A stretch of 64,000 bases of DNA from the human T2T-CHM13v2.0 reference genome, Homo sapiens: assembly GCF_009914755.1 (NCBI RefSeq), contig NC_060936.1, one strand, 5' to 3'. A model generated the notes under the pieces. That model saw only the letters and a list, made by a program, of their open reading frames with translations. It was not told the origin of the DNA and made no database searches. The translations under genes and the position numbers were made by a program. This document shows, piece after piece, positions 14,271 to 27,954 of the stretch. Within the stretch, counting starts at the first letter, position 1. Each line of letters starts with the position of its first letter.

Positions 14271-16461
14271 AAGAGAAGTGGTCTCTTTTTCCACTACACC
14301 TAAAACTAACAAAAGAGAAGCTTAGACCTGCTAACAGTGACCTCCACCCTCAAATGAAACAAACATAGAGGAAACAGAACCTAAATCAGGAGAGACCAAA
14401 TTCAAGGCCATTGTCGGAAATAACTGAGCCCCTGAAAAATCCATGTCTGAAACTATTTCTCCTCTACTTTTGAGTTATGTAACCCAGAAAAAAGTCTTTT
14501 TGTGCTTACACAAATGTGAAAATCATCCCTATTGCATGACCCACAGGATGTATGACATGTAAAGATTTGCCATACTATTAAAGAGCAAACTTGAGTGGTT
14601 CACATTGCAATGCAGATGTGTTAGAGGGATTTGCTAAGTTAGTTGGAGAGCTTAGCTGTTTAAATTTTCACCAATGCAGTAACTCACTTGACATTATAAA
14701 AACATTGTCTTTGCCATTAAATGGTAATGAAAGTTTAAAAAGGTAATAAATTATGGTTTGAAGATAAATATCAGAAATGCATGACACTCAATAAAGTAGA
14801 ATACTGGATAAATGACTTTTTCAATTTGAATATTCTTCATAAGTCTTCAGTGCACCTCTCCAAAATTTTTAAGTACGTCACTTAAATTTGCTTTTGCTTA
14901 TTATGTTCTTTGTGAAGAAACCTAGTTGTATTTACCCAATCTGATGATGGTAGCTCCAATAATTATTATAGTCAGGTGAAATGTATTATATAATTTCTGC
15001 CATTGAAGAAGTAGCTTATTGCTTCCTGCCTTTCCTCTAAGATTCATATCATGACCTCAATATTACAGTGCTGGCTGAATTAATGGTACAGATTTTACTG
15101 CTTTGGCTTGAGTTTTATTCTCACATTCATTGACAGAAAGAATTTGTCCTCAGAGGCCATCCCTTTCATCATCTTCCAAGTGATTCTGCCAAATGTAAAG
15201 CGAGCCCAAATTTTCATCCCACTGGTACTCAAGGAAGTTTTTCAATTTTTCTTCTATAGGTTCACACTTGCCCTTTTTTTTTGCATAAGACTATCCACCA
15301 ACATGTAACACATTTGTTTAATTCACTTCTTAACCTTTATCTGGAATTTATATTCAACTGAAAAATGTTCATAGGTGCTGGACTGGCTCAATATCAATAA
15401 AGCTGGCATGTCATTTGTAAAAAAGTAATATTAAAATTATTGGTTGAATTCAGGAAACCATTTTAGAAATAGAAGAATTTAGGTTAACCAGAAGGATAAG
15501 CGAATGGTTACATGTGCTTTTACTGACTACCAGACTTTGTATTAAAAGTGGGAAATATCTGACATTTACAATCTCTGTAAATGATCACTGAAATTGCCCT
15601 TTTTTTTTTGAATGTTTATAAAGATCAAGAAGATCAAGCTCAGATAATTCAAATCAGTTTAGGTCTTTTACTTAAATAGCCACATTATAATTATGTTTAC
15701 TAAAGAGCTGAAAAGCATTCCTTTCCAGCACATTATAATAGCTATAACTTATTTTAGGTCTTGGCGTAATTAGAATGATTCACATTTTTCCTACTGACTG
15801 GGTGTATTTGTCTCCTTTGCACTGCACCTTCCTCCTCTTCCTTGTATAACATACATCTATATGTGTGAATACAAACAAATATAAAAACATTCATATATGA
15901 ATGTACCCCCAAAGCAAGCAGGATGGCGCTCTCCAGAGAAGGAATAAGTGGGTTCCCCACTGTCGCTCAGAGTAAATGTGGACTGATGTAGTTCTGGGAC
16001 AAACCTACTGTAACCACAAGTTAATAACAATATCTTTGAACAAAGAGACAGAAACCCCCTTTTGATAAGCCTTCTCTACAATCCCCTCCTTGCTGGCTCC
16101 ATTGGACTGAGCCCATCCTTTCCAGGGTTCACCCCTCCAGAAGGATTAAATTTCCTGTCTCATTGAATCAGGAAGAACCATGTGATTTAATCTGACAAAT
16201 GAAATACAAGTGGAAAAATGACATGGGATGTTCCTGAGCAGAAACTTAAGAGCCATTGCTTGGATCTCTCACCTCTCTTTTCCTTTGGTCATAAAATCAA
16301 CATGTCCCAGACTAGGATTGCTCTTGTAGCATGGTTGTTAGAATAAAGAATACCTGAGAGAGAGCTGTAACAAACAGAGTGGACATTAATGTCAGCAAAA
16401 TACATCTTTGTATTGAATGCCACTGAAGTTTCTAAACCATTTGTAAATGCAATATAACAAT

Positions 16462-16680
16462 CTAATTCAGGATTTCCCAACTTCGGCACTGTGGACGTTG
16501 TGAAATGCAGAATTCTTTTTTGCATGGGGGTGGTTTATCATTGTAGGATGTTTAGCAACATCACTGGCCACTTCCCCTTAGATGTCACCACCACACCCAC
16601 AGTTGTGATAACGAAAAATGTTTCCAGATATTGCCAAATGTCCCTTGGGGGAAAAACCATCCCCAGTTGAAAACCACTAA
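16462..16680. mobile_element. MER20-type hAT DNA transposon
   Basis: gatttcccaacttcggcactgtggac...aaaatgtttccagatattgccaaatgtccc...ccccagttgaaaaccact. Confidence 0.75.
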
Positions 16681-16689
16681 TCTCAGCAT

Positions 16690-16865
16690 AGTAGTTCTCA
16701 AAGGGGGTTTTCAGAGCCAGCAGTATCTGGAAATATGTTAGAAATACAAAGTCCCAGGACCCTCCGAGTCCAACTGAATGAGCAGTTATGTGGCTGGGGC
16801 ACAGCGAACTGTGTTTTGATAAGCCCTCCGAGTGGTTCTGAACATATGAAGCTTGAGAACCACAG
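16690..16865. mobile_element. MER5A-type hAT DNA transposon
   Basis: gtagttctcaaag...ttttgataagccctccgagtggttctga...gcttgagaaccac. Confidence 0.75.
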
Positions 16866-18299
16866 GTTTAAACTGATTGGTATATGTATAAGCAGTCTTG
16901 AATAAGGAAAGGGCATAAATATTGCTTTTATTTACAGATGAATAAGGTCAACTCATTTGATATATAAAGCATTAGAATTGCATTTTTTGTGAATCTGTAA
17001 GGCTTTAGGGTATATTAGCATATATACTAGTGTAACAAATGTTAAATACATTGAAATTTCATAATTTGAACAAATTTCACTATGGTCTCAGGACTTGGAA
17101 ATTCACTGTGTCACAATAACTCAAAATGAAAGAAAAAAGATTTTCTACTTAGGAATTCTAAGGGGAGTGTCATTTTGGTCTTCCAAAAAATACTTTACAA
17201 AATTGTGTTTTTAGGAGCATAACTGTCAGTTTCAATTATCTGATATTTGTACTGTAATTTTATTTAGCACATTTTATATAAACGAGTAGTATTTAAAAAG
17301 TATAGAATTGAGAATGAGTATCAATAATTCACAGATTTCTTTATTGCAGAATTTTGTCACAAATAATTGCTGTTCTTTCCAGCTAATTTCCTTTTCATAT
17401 CTATAAAATGGGTCTAAGTCTGATCTACCTTGAAAGGTGGGGCATAAGGAATAATTAACTTTACAAAGTAAGTGGTTATTATGTGTAAAGTTATAGGCAA
17501 TGCATATTATAATGCTAATATATATAGTTATGAGATTGGGTATTTCCTCTATTGAGATTGGCAATAGGAGGTAGAAAATCACAATTAATTTTGCCACATT
17601 AGCTCTGAAAATGATGAAGATAATATCTCTGCATATTTCTCCATTTTCCCTCATTTGATAAAGGAGAAATCCCTATTTTTCTGTTTGTGAGCAGAAAATC
17701 TTCAGAAGTTAAATACTGAAAGGTCGATAGTCTTCTTAACTGTCAATGGTACCCATGATTTCTGCTATACTATATATTTGTTTTTTAAAGTTGTCCTAAA
17801 ATCAGAATTTTGTGGTGGTATAGTGTACGTACCAGTACAAGGTAAATACAAGAAAATTATCTTTAGGTTTTCTGTTTTTATGAAAACATTAAGAAATAAG
17901 AGCTGATTATGCTGTGATAGGCTTATGAAATAGACCTGGAAAAATGCAATATCAAAAGACACAATGTGCATTTTGTGTTATCTGTAACATTATTATGTTC
18001 CACACACTTGACCATAAACTTTCAATTTTAAGCTTTGAGTCAAAATATCAAGGGAAAACCCTTTTGAGTTATTTTTTTCTTTCTCTTTCCTTTTTGTTTT
18101 TACAAAAAGGCTGTAAGAAATCTTTATCATCACATTAGGATTTTAGGATTCAAAATAAGAAGGCTTTGACTTTGTTCTTTAAAAGATTAGGGAAGTCTTT
18201 CCCTTTAAAGCATTATCTCCTAGCGGGTGGAGAGTGTCATGCTTCATTTTTTAGGTCCTTTACACTCTTGAATTTGATTTGTGCTTTTACAGCACAAAT

Positions 18300-19224
18300 C
18301 CCAACATTCAGAAGGGAGATCTGCCTGCTTCAGCTGCCTGCAGCTACAGAGAATTAGTCTGTCATTCTCGGCATCGGGGAGTGTGTGTTGTGTATGTGAG
18401 GGTGTGAGTGTGTGTCCGTGTTTGAGATTGGGTGGCTGAGAGTCATTTAAATGTGCATAAGGTTAATAGTGGAAGATCTCGTACAGGCTTGGCTCAGAAA
18501 CCTGTGGCATTCTACGCTGGACAGCCGTTCCCGTGCCTCTGTTTTAATTTGGCAGGATGTTTGCTGCCATGGCAGCCAGCAGCATCCACTGCAGCAGCAA
18601 GGAAGAGCCATAGATCTGAGAATGCAGGTGGAATACTAAAATGTAAGAGGCTTGTGCAGGGCTGGGCGTCAGTGCTTAATTCCTGCTCTTCCTGGGCTCC
18701 TATGAGCAGGCTGTACTTGCTGCACTGTGTCAGCTCGTTAGAGTAAAGGGTTACAGACCTAGGTCAGTTAAGGGCTGGTGAAAGGCAGGGGAAAGAAAAA
18801 AAAAAGCAAAAAGCAAGAGACCTCAGCTCGTGCTTCACCTCCTGGCGTTTCGGGACACAGAAGCAACAGAGGGAAATGTGGACCCATCCTCCTGCTGAGA
18901 CATGTGATTGGATGAAGACGGGCAAACGTAGTTGGCTTCCTGGACTACTTTTCAGCTGGAGGAGAGTCTTTGGTGAACTCTTTTCTGCTTCAGATATATT
19001 CGAGCAAAATATTTGTAAGTACTGCTGATTAGTAAAGTGATGTGTCAAGCTAAATTGGGGGCAAATAATTATATATACTATATCTCTAGAATCTTCTGTG
19101 AATGTGTGAGCTTGAGCTTTTATTGAAGTGCATGTGATAATCAAAATCAAATGGATCAGTTACAATCACAGTGTAACAAGACAATATGAAGTCCAATTGA
19201 AAGGAAGGAGCCACTGGAAGAATC
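18300..19224 (+). promoter_or_regulatory. Putative internal promoter/5' UTR for the short NAV3 isoform
   Basis: No recognisable repeats and GC-richer than its flanks. Has a TG-rich tract (about 18380-18422) and CAGCTG E-boxes (18331, 18953), directly upstream of an ATG-initiated exon. Inferred from position; no TSS can be seen. Confidence 0.5.
18876..19014 (+). CDS. Possible second, shorter alternative first coding exon (46 aa + 1 nt: MWTHPPAETCDWMKTGKRSWLPGLLFSWRRVFGELFSASDIFEQNI)
   Basis: gaaATG at 18876, open to TTT|gtaagt at 19014/19015. Phase 1, compatible with the exon at 32354. No homology recognised. Confidence 0.3.
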
Positions 19225-19747
19225 ATGCAGCGGCCTGCTGAACTCTCTGTGTTCCGGAGCAAAGAAGTAAGGAGAAAGGGAGCTTGCCTTCAGAAACAAA
19301 AGTCTCTGACCAATCTTTCCCTCACCAGTGATGGGGAGAGGAGACCCACGGTGCGCATTTCCAACTGGTTTGGAAATGCTGCCAAGGCCAGCCAGAGAGA
19401 AGCCAACTATGCAGAGCGGCGCTCACTGTCCAAGTTTCTCTCGCGGTCTGTGCAGTCCCTGTATCACACCAGCAGCTCAGCCTGGAACCTCCTGCCTGCT
19501 GGGGGCAGCCAGTCAGACAGTGAAGACTTAGAGGAATTGTCTGCAAGAAGAGGCTTGGAAGGTGAGAGTGATGAAGATAGTAGGTCTGAAGATGAAAACG
19601 TGTCCTCCAAGCCAAGCAGCATCAGCAGAAGCTGGGCTGAAGAGGAGGGAGAAAGCTGTTTGCGGGAAGGGACAGCTCATCTGGATGAGGAGGTGATCCT
19701 TACCATGCTGGGTGATCTAGAACAGGCACTTTACACTGACTTATTAG
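19225..19747 (+). CDS. NAV3: Candidate alternative first coding exon of NAV3 (174 aa + 1 nt) with a NAV1-like N-terminus
   Basis: ATG with A at -3, preceded by an in-frame TGA at 19198-19200. Consensus donor TAG|gtaagt at 19747/19748 in phase 1, giving ...LYTDLLG-EDPETRR. Motifs AELSVFRS, LQKQKSLTNLS and VILTMLGDLEQ match the NAV1 N-terminus as I remember it. Confidence 0.85.
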
Positions 19748-22700
19748 GTAAGTCCAATTTGCTCCTAAAAACGTGTATGGGATCTTAAGAAATTTCATAG
19801 TCTCTTATGAAATTATTTGCATTTGCCAAATAGCTTTCATGTTTTTAGACTGATTTTTAAAAATACATAGTTACATTTTAAATTCCTGTTTCTTGAAGTG
19901 ATTTTTTTTTTTAATTTTTTGGTAAAACTGAGCTATGAGCACCACTGGTAAGGTTCATTTGGAGAAAATAAATTCCGGAAATCTGCCATGGGCATTATTA
20001 GCCTCACCTAGTGTCCAGTACCTTCTAGACATCCATAAATAAGTTAACATTTTAAAACTCCAAACATGTTTTTCACCTACTCATTAAAGGGGCCTATTTG
20101 TTCAACTTCCCTCAAGGTGACCTCATCACAGATAAGGGATGAATAATGAAGGGCCTCCTGGGTAAATTTTCTGTAGAGTTAAGTTTCTTCTGCTGCCTCC
20201 GTGCTACCTGAATAGAAGGCTTCTTCTATACCTCAGTGACAAGCCCTTTTTATTGTAGTAACACTTTCAGAAATACAGGGGCCGCTGCTGGCTTCTACCT
20301 TTTTTCTTTTCTCTTTTGTTTCAGTGTTTGACAAAAACTAGTTCTGCATGTGCACATTATAAGTATTTAAGCTACTATGTAGATGACTATGAACTGTTTT
20401 CATACTTTAGAAACTAGGCCTTTTTGATAACATGAGTTTCAGTAGTAACTTCTGGCATAATCTTTAACTAAATAAGAAGAGGTCAAGTGATTCTATAGTT
20501 TGTGACTAAACTTTAAATGTCAACTGTGCCACCTACCTAAACAGCTAACATGTGAACATTTTAATTGTTATTTCTGAATTCAGTCTTGTATCAAAATATA
20601 TTTACATCACACAGTCCCTTCTTCCATAAGTATTAAATTCCTGGCCATATCATATTTTATGTCAATGTGTATTTCCACAAAGGGCTTCATATTGGCCTCC
20701 TTAAGTTGAAAGGAATTAAACCTGGGAAGTGATCTCTTTGTTTCTGATTCAAGAAACTAATGCTAAATGCAGGCTTGCTTTTACTCTTAATGTAGACCCT
20801 CCTGTTACAAGATGTTTTATGAGGTTTTCTGGATTCTTTTAGTGAACCAGTTTTAGAAGAAGAAAGCTTATAGAGATAGCAGAGGCAAATATTGTTCAAT
20901 TTTTCATGTCAGTTTGGTTTTAGAAGAGTAATCTTTCCACAGTTGTCAGAATAGTGATTTCTGAATCTGAATACACCAGGTGCTCCAACACTGAAGATTT
21001 ACTTTTGCACCATTGTGTGATTTCTGTGATGAACTGCTTCTCATAAAGGGCTATGTGCAGCACAAAGGCGAGAGAAAGTCTTAATCTTTATGAAGCTTTT
21101 TCTTTTTTGGATCCTCTGAAACTGTAGAATCAGATAATATTCCTCTTTTGCTTTTGAAGTGGTATTATTTATCTTGTTCTCAGTATCTCTTAAGTATTTA
21201 CAAAGATATGAACAGAGTGCAGTCCCCTGACAGCATTTGATGCTTACTCAGTTAAATTATAGCATGCTGTGGGTGGGTGTATATATGACATGTGCCTTTT
21301 TGTGCATAAATAACTTGAAGCATTTTGGTCAGAGGGTAACCTCTCAAAAGAAGCCGGTATGCCTTGGTTTTTCAAGAGCATCTGCTTATTGTATTTATAT
21401 GATTATTCTGTTTAAGTATTTTTTTTCCTACTTATGCCAGTATTCAAAAATGCAAGTGAAAAAGTAAGGGGAAGTTTATTCAAATAGCTGTGATATGAAT
21501 AATCATATCTCCAGATAATGAAGCATTCTGATGCAATTCCCTAAATAATGATCCATGTTAAGTTGTTGAATATATCTACGCCCACAGCACACAGGAATTC
21601 CAGAATTTCTACCACGTGCTTCAATAGGTTCTGTTTACGACTCAAAATGGCCTCTTCCAAGTTAGTTTTTAGGTGGGGTTCCTTGAGGTTAATTCTTTAC
21701 TCTTAGATATCCTCCTAAATCAGACAGATTAAGGTTTGTCCTATAACCGTATAGGAGCACATTTTAAAAGTAACTATAAAGCTTTTGGCCATATTTTGCT
21801 ATTTTTCTCCAAAGTGTCAAGATTAACCAGAGGAGTTTAAAAATTTTCATCCAAATCACTACTAGGGCCATCCACAAAACTAGAGTTACTTCACACAATA
21901 AATCAGGAAGCTGTACTCTACATAACATTTGTAATATGGATGGGGTAGAGGGCATAATTCTCTGAGAATAAGATTTATTCATACAGATTTGATTTCCTAT
22001 TGAAAGATGGCAATGCTGGCAGTGTTAATTACAATGTGTATAATTAAAGCCTAAAAATTAAGAGCAAGATCACAGATTAAATGGTCTGTCTGCCACCAAA
22101 TAGTAACGTAGGAGTACCAAATTGATGCTGTTATTTTTTTTTTCTCTACTAAGAACACCTTATGAGCAGTGAGAAAGCACTTTGCACCAATGTTAAAAAC
22201 TCTAGTAGATTTCAGAATATACCATTCTGGAAGATGTGTGGAAGCCATTCCATTGTGTTTGACACATAGGAAGCCTCTTTCAGGAATAATGGTTGACTTT
22301 GAGATTATGCAAGCAGGAGGAGACACAACATTGCTGTGATTAAATGCATTTCTCACGTGCATTTTTCTGGTAACTTGTATTGTTGCTAAACATTTAATTT
22401 TATTTTTGCTTTTATATTTAGACTTTGCAATTGTGTTTTTCCCCCAAAGCCTCTGGACCTCACTCAGATACAAATTTATAGGATATTTAAGACCATGCAA
22501 TCAGTCCTTAGGGGGTTTGTAAGTACATTTAGTTTTATCTTGCCTTTTGTGGGTCATTGAAAACATTTACTGCAATAAATTTTCTTTGGTTATTATCTTT
22601 CATGACATGAATAAGGCAGCAGTTATGTTTTGCTCAATAAGCGTTGGAAAGAAAAGGTCCATTTGTCTGTCATGAGGAGGGCAGTGTCATAAGTGAATGT

Positions 22701-24279
22701 CATGATGAAAAAAACCTAAGGAATGAGGGAGGCTTTGGTTCTAAAACATGAGAGAAACCAGATAAACAATGAATTCAGTTAGAAGAATCCAAGGATCTAA
22801 GATACCTGTTGGATTGGAAAAAAGAAATTGAAAAGGAAATGAAGTAGATGTGAAAATATATTTAGTGAAACAGCATGTCTGAAAATACAACGTTCTTAAA
22901 ATTAATATGAAAAGATGGAACATAATTGAGATATTAATTTTAATATTCCAGTTGGCAAATGATTGAGATGCAGCTGGATTACAACTTAAAAGTTTTCCTG
23001 GGGGAAGGGGGAAAGGGATAGGAACATGTAATGATGCGTTCTAGGAATCTGTGTGAGGTCAATTACTTGTACCTCCCCCACCAAGTAAAAAAAAGGACAT
23101 CTCAATATACTCCTTCTTTCATGACTTTTTATCTTTCACCTACAATCTAAGATGCCAATAACTGTATGAAATCTTTCATATTGAATCTTAGGTTTAGTGC
23201 TTCTCCAATTTTGTCCCCTTCACTACTTATTTTGACCCAGTTTGAATAAATTTCTTCTTTGTATGTCTCTTCCTTGTCTGTAATAATTTTATTTCCAGTC
23301 TGTAAGATTTTCTCTACAAAACTTCTTTTTCTTCATAGTTCTCTCAGATTATTTGGAAGTGAAAGATAGAATTCTTTATAGCCATCTCTGAAATACTCTA
23401 TATTATATGTATGAGGAGAAGTATGGGAAGAATTTCCAGGAAGAATGTGATCAGTCTCAAGGGTTATTAACAGTTCTGAGTTCTAAAAGAATAATGTTAA
23501 TCTATAGGATTAGTGATTGTGTGAACTTAGTGTAGAGAAAGTTTGTCATGTGCATGAGATCCCAACAAGTGTTTTATTATTCTTTAAAAATATTTACTTC
23601 AGGAAAGTTTCTTAGTACGTTATGTTTGAAATAATGATCTTATTATTAAGTATACTTTAATTGTTCAAATGATTTGTAAATTCAAGGGAAGAAATTTACA
23701 GGCTGGCAGCACAATGGTGGCTGTTTCGTCAACCACCCAAAGTGAGGAATAATGAACAAAGTAGTAATGTTTGCCTGAAAAATATAGTAAAGGAATTAGC
23801 CGTTGTGTTGCAATATTTGAGTGACTGCCTTGGTAAAGACAGTGTAAATTTGTTCATTTGGTTTCAGATCCACTGGAACCACAGGGTGAAAGTTTAAGGG
23901 AGACAAATTTTTGCTTATCCCCCATAAATATTTTACATTTTGACCTGCTACTGGAAGGAGCCATCTCTTACTGGTGAGGTGGAGGCCTTTCCAATGTTGG
24001 AGTTTTCAGGCAGAGGCAGATGGCCTTGTCCCATGTGAGACAGATGAATGCTATGGCCAAGAGATAAGGCAAGACAATCTCTGAAATCCACCAACTGTAT
24101 GATTGTGATGATAGGTGTTAAAGGGGCACATTTGTTATAGATTTTTAAAAATCTGGCCTGAGTATTAAGGAAGTAAATTAACAGATTAAATAGTTAGCTA
24201 TATTCCTAAAACAGATTATAGATACGCATCTTGACTTCCCTATGTGACAATTTTCATAGTGTAATTTAATACATGCTAT

Positions 24280-24440
24280 TTTTTGCTTTTCTTTTTGTTC
24301 CCTTTCTTTTTCTTCCATCCTGTTTCCATTCCATTCCCTTCCCAGCCGTCCCATCTACTTCCTTTTTCTCTGTCTCCTCTCCTTCCCTGTCCCTCTCTTA
24401 ATCTATCCATTCCAATTCCCTCCTCCTTTCTGTTTTCACT
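24280..24440. repeat. CT-rich low-complexity tract
   Basis: Almost entirely pyrimidine on the + strand. Confidence 0.7.
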
Positions 24441-24828
24441 TTTATTGAAAGTGCCCATCATTAGACATCCTCTTCAGTCCAGATTGAACAGAATAAAAAC
24501 TGTGCTTCCACTACTCTCTTTTCATGTTCTTTCTATTATCTAGACTCACTGGCTTTAGAAGGTCACTAGCTTGGGGAAGTATTGTATGACTATCAACAAA
24601 ATGGCTTAAGGACACTTCTGCCCCCAGTTGATAGGTGGTGATTGTATCAGGCCAGCGTTAGTCATACTTGCAGAGCTATTTGTTTCATGCTCATTAGATA
24701 CAAACATTTTGGGTTTAGATGCCTAGGAATTTACTTGAACTCTAGTATCATTGGTAGAACTGTAGAAACTGGAGAAGTAATTAAAAATAAAACCATTCAA
24801 TGTTTGTCAGTCTTTGTCCATGAGTCTA

Positions 24829-25177
<349 letters not shown>

Positions 25178-27647
25178 GGCCTCTAGTTTATTCCCCAGAT
25201 TCCAAATGTGTCCTTTCTACATAAGGCAAATTTACCTCAAGTATTCTGAGTACACCCAGAACACCTTGAAATAATTAGGATCCTAATGATCATAGTTTTT
25301 TTTTTTATTTTACTTTAAGTTCTGGGATACATGTGCAGAATGTGCAGGTTTGTTACATAGATGTATACATGCTGTGGTCGTTTGCTGCACCCATCAACCC
25401 GTCATCTACATTAGGTATTTCCCCTAATGCTATCCCTCCCCTTGATCCCCCCACCCACCAACAGGCCCCGGTGTGTGATGTTCCCCTTCCTGTGTCCATG
25501 TGTTCTCATTGTTCAACTCCCACTTGTGAGTGAGAACATGTGGTGTTCAGTTTTCTGTTCCTGTGTTAGTTTGCAGAGAATGGTTTCTAGTTTCATCCAT
25601 GTCCCTGCAAAGGACATGAACTCATCCATTTTTATGGTTGCATAGTATTCCATGGTGTATATGTGCCACATTTTCTTTATGCAGTCTATCATTGATGGGC
25701 ATTTGGGTTGGTTCCAAGTCTTTGCTATTGTGAACAGTGCTGCAATAAACATACGTGTGCATGTGTCTTTATAATAGAATGATTTATAATCCTTTGGTTG
25801 TATACTCATTAATGGGATTGCTGGATCAAATGGTATTTCTGGTTCTAGATCCTTGAGGAATTGCCACACTGTCTTCCACAGTGGTTGAACTAATATATAC
25901 TCCCACCGACAGTGTAAAGGCGTTCCTATTTCTCCACAACCTCTCTAGCATCTGTTGTTTCTTGACTTTTTAATGATCGCCATTCTAACCGGCGTGAGAT
26001 GGTATCTCATTGTGGTTTTGATTTGCATTTCTCTAATGACCAGTGGATGATGAGCTTTCTTTCATATGTTTGTTGGCTGCATAAAATGTCTTCTTTTGAG
26101 AGGTGTCTGTTCATATACTTCACCCACTTTTTGATGGGGTTGTTTTTTTCTTGTAAATTTGTTTAAGTTCCTTGTAGATTCTGAATATTAGCCCTTTGTC
26201 AGATGGATAGATTGCAAAAATTGTCTCCCATTCTGTAGGTTGCCTGTTCACTCTGATGATAGTTTCTTTTGCTGTGCAGAATTTCCTTAGTTTAATTAGA
26301 TCCCATTTGTCAACTTTGGCTTTTGTTGCCATTGCTTTTGGTGTTTTACTCATGAAGTCTTTGCCCATGCCTATGTCCTGAATGGTATTGCCTAGGTTTT
26401 CTTCTAGGGTTTTTATGGTTTTAGGTCTTTGGTTTAAGTCTTTAATCCATCTTGAGTTAATTTTTGTGTAAAGTGTAAGGAAGGGATCCAGTTTCAGTTA
26501 TATGCATGTGGCTAGCCAGTTTTCCCAGCACCATTTGTTAAATAGGGAATCCTTTCCCCATTGCTTGTGTGTGTCAGGTTTGTCAAAGATCAGATGATTG
26601 TAGATGTGTGGTGTTATTTCTGAGGGCTCTGTTCTGTTTCATTGGTCTATATATCTGTTTTGGTACCAGTACCATGCTGTTTTGATTACTATGGCCCTGG
26701 AGTATACTTTGAAGTCAGGTAGCATGATGCTTCCAGCTTTGTTCTTTTTCTTTAGGATTATCTTGGCTATACGGGCTCTTTTTTGGTTCCATATGAAATT
26801 TAAAGTAGTTTTTTCTAACTCTATGAATAAAGTCAATGGTAGCTTTATGGGGATAGCATTGAATCTCTAAATTACTTTGGGCAGTATGACCATTTTCATG
26901 ATATTGATTCTTCCTATCCATGAGCATGGAATGTTTTTTCGTTTGTTTGTGTCCTCTCTTATTTCCTGGAGCAGTGGTTTGTAGTTCTTTTTGAAGAGGT
27001 CCTTCACATACCTTTAAGTTGTATTCCTAAGTATTTTATTCTCTTTGTAGCAATTGTGAATGGGAGTTTATTCATGATTTGGCTCTCTGTTTGTCTGTTA
27101 TTGGTGTATAGGAATGCTTGTGATTTTCGCATGTTGATTTTGTATCCTGAGACGTTGCTAAATTCGCTTATCAGCTTAAGGAGTTTTTGGCTGAGAAGAT
27201 GGGGTTTTCTAAATATAAAATCATGTCATCTGCAAACAGAGACAATTTGACTTCCTCTCTTCCTATCTAAATGCACTTTATTTCTTTCTCTTGCCTGATT
27301 ACCCTTGCCAAAACTTCCAATACTATGTTGAATAGGAGTGGTGATGGAGGGCACCCTTGTGTTGTGCAGGTTTTCAAAGGGAATGCTTCCAGCTTTTGCC
27401 CATTCAGTATGATATTGGCTGTGTGTCTGTCATAAATAGCCCTTATGATTTTGAGATACATTCCATAAATATCTAGTAATTGAGAGTTCTTAGCATGAAG
27501 GGGTGTTGAATTTTATCGAAGGCCTTTTCTGCATCTATTGAGATAATCATGTGGTTTTTGCAATTGGTTCTCTTTATGTGATGGATTACATTTATTGATT
27601 TGCATATGTTGAACCAGCCTTGTATCCCAGCAATGAACCCAACTTGA

Positions 27648-27954
<307 letters not shown>

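Noticed and set aside
18432-19150. ORFs 18432-18746 (+), 18451-18639 (+) and 18764-19150 (-)
   Set aside because: Non-ATG starts, no recognisable homology and no convincing splice signals.
19748-19788. C-terminal KSNLLLKTCMGS of the 187-aa ORF, read as a standalone single-exon gene
   Set aside because: NAV1 similarity ends at the gtaagt donor and resumes in the exon at 32354, so the tail is intron.
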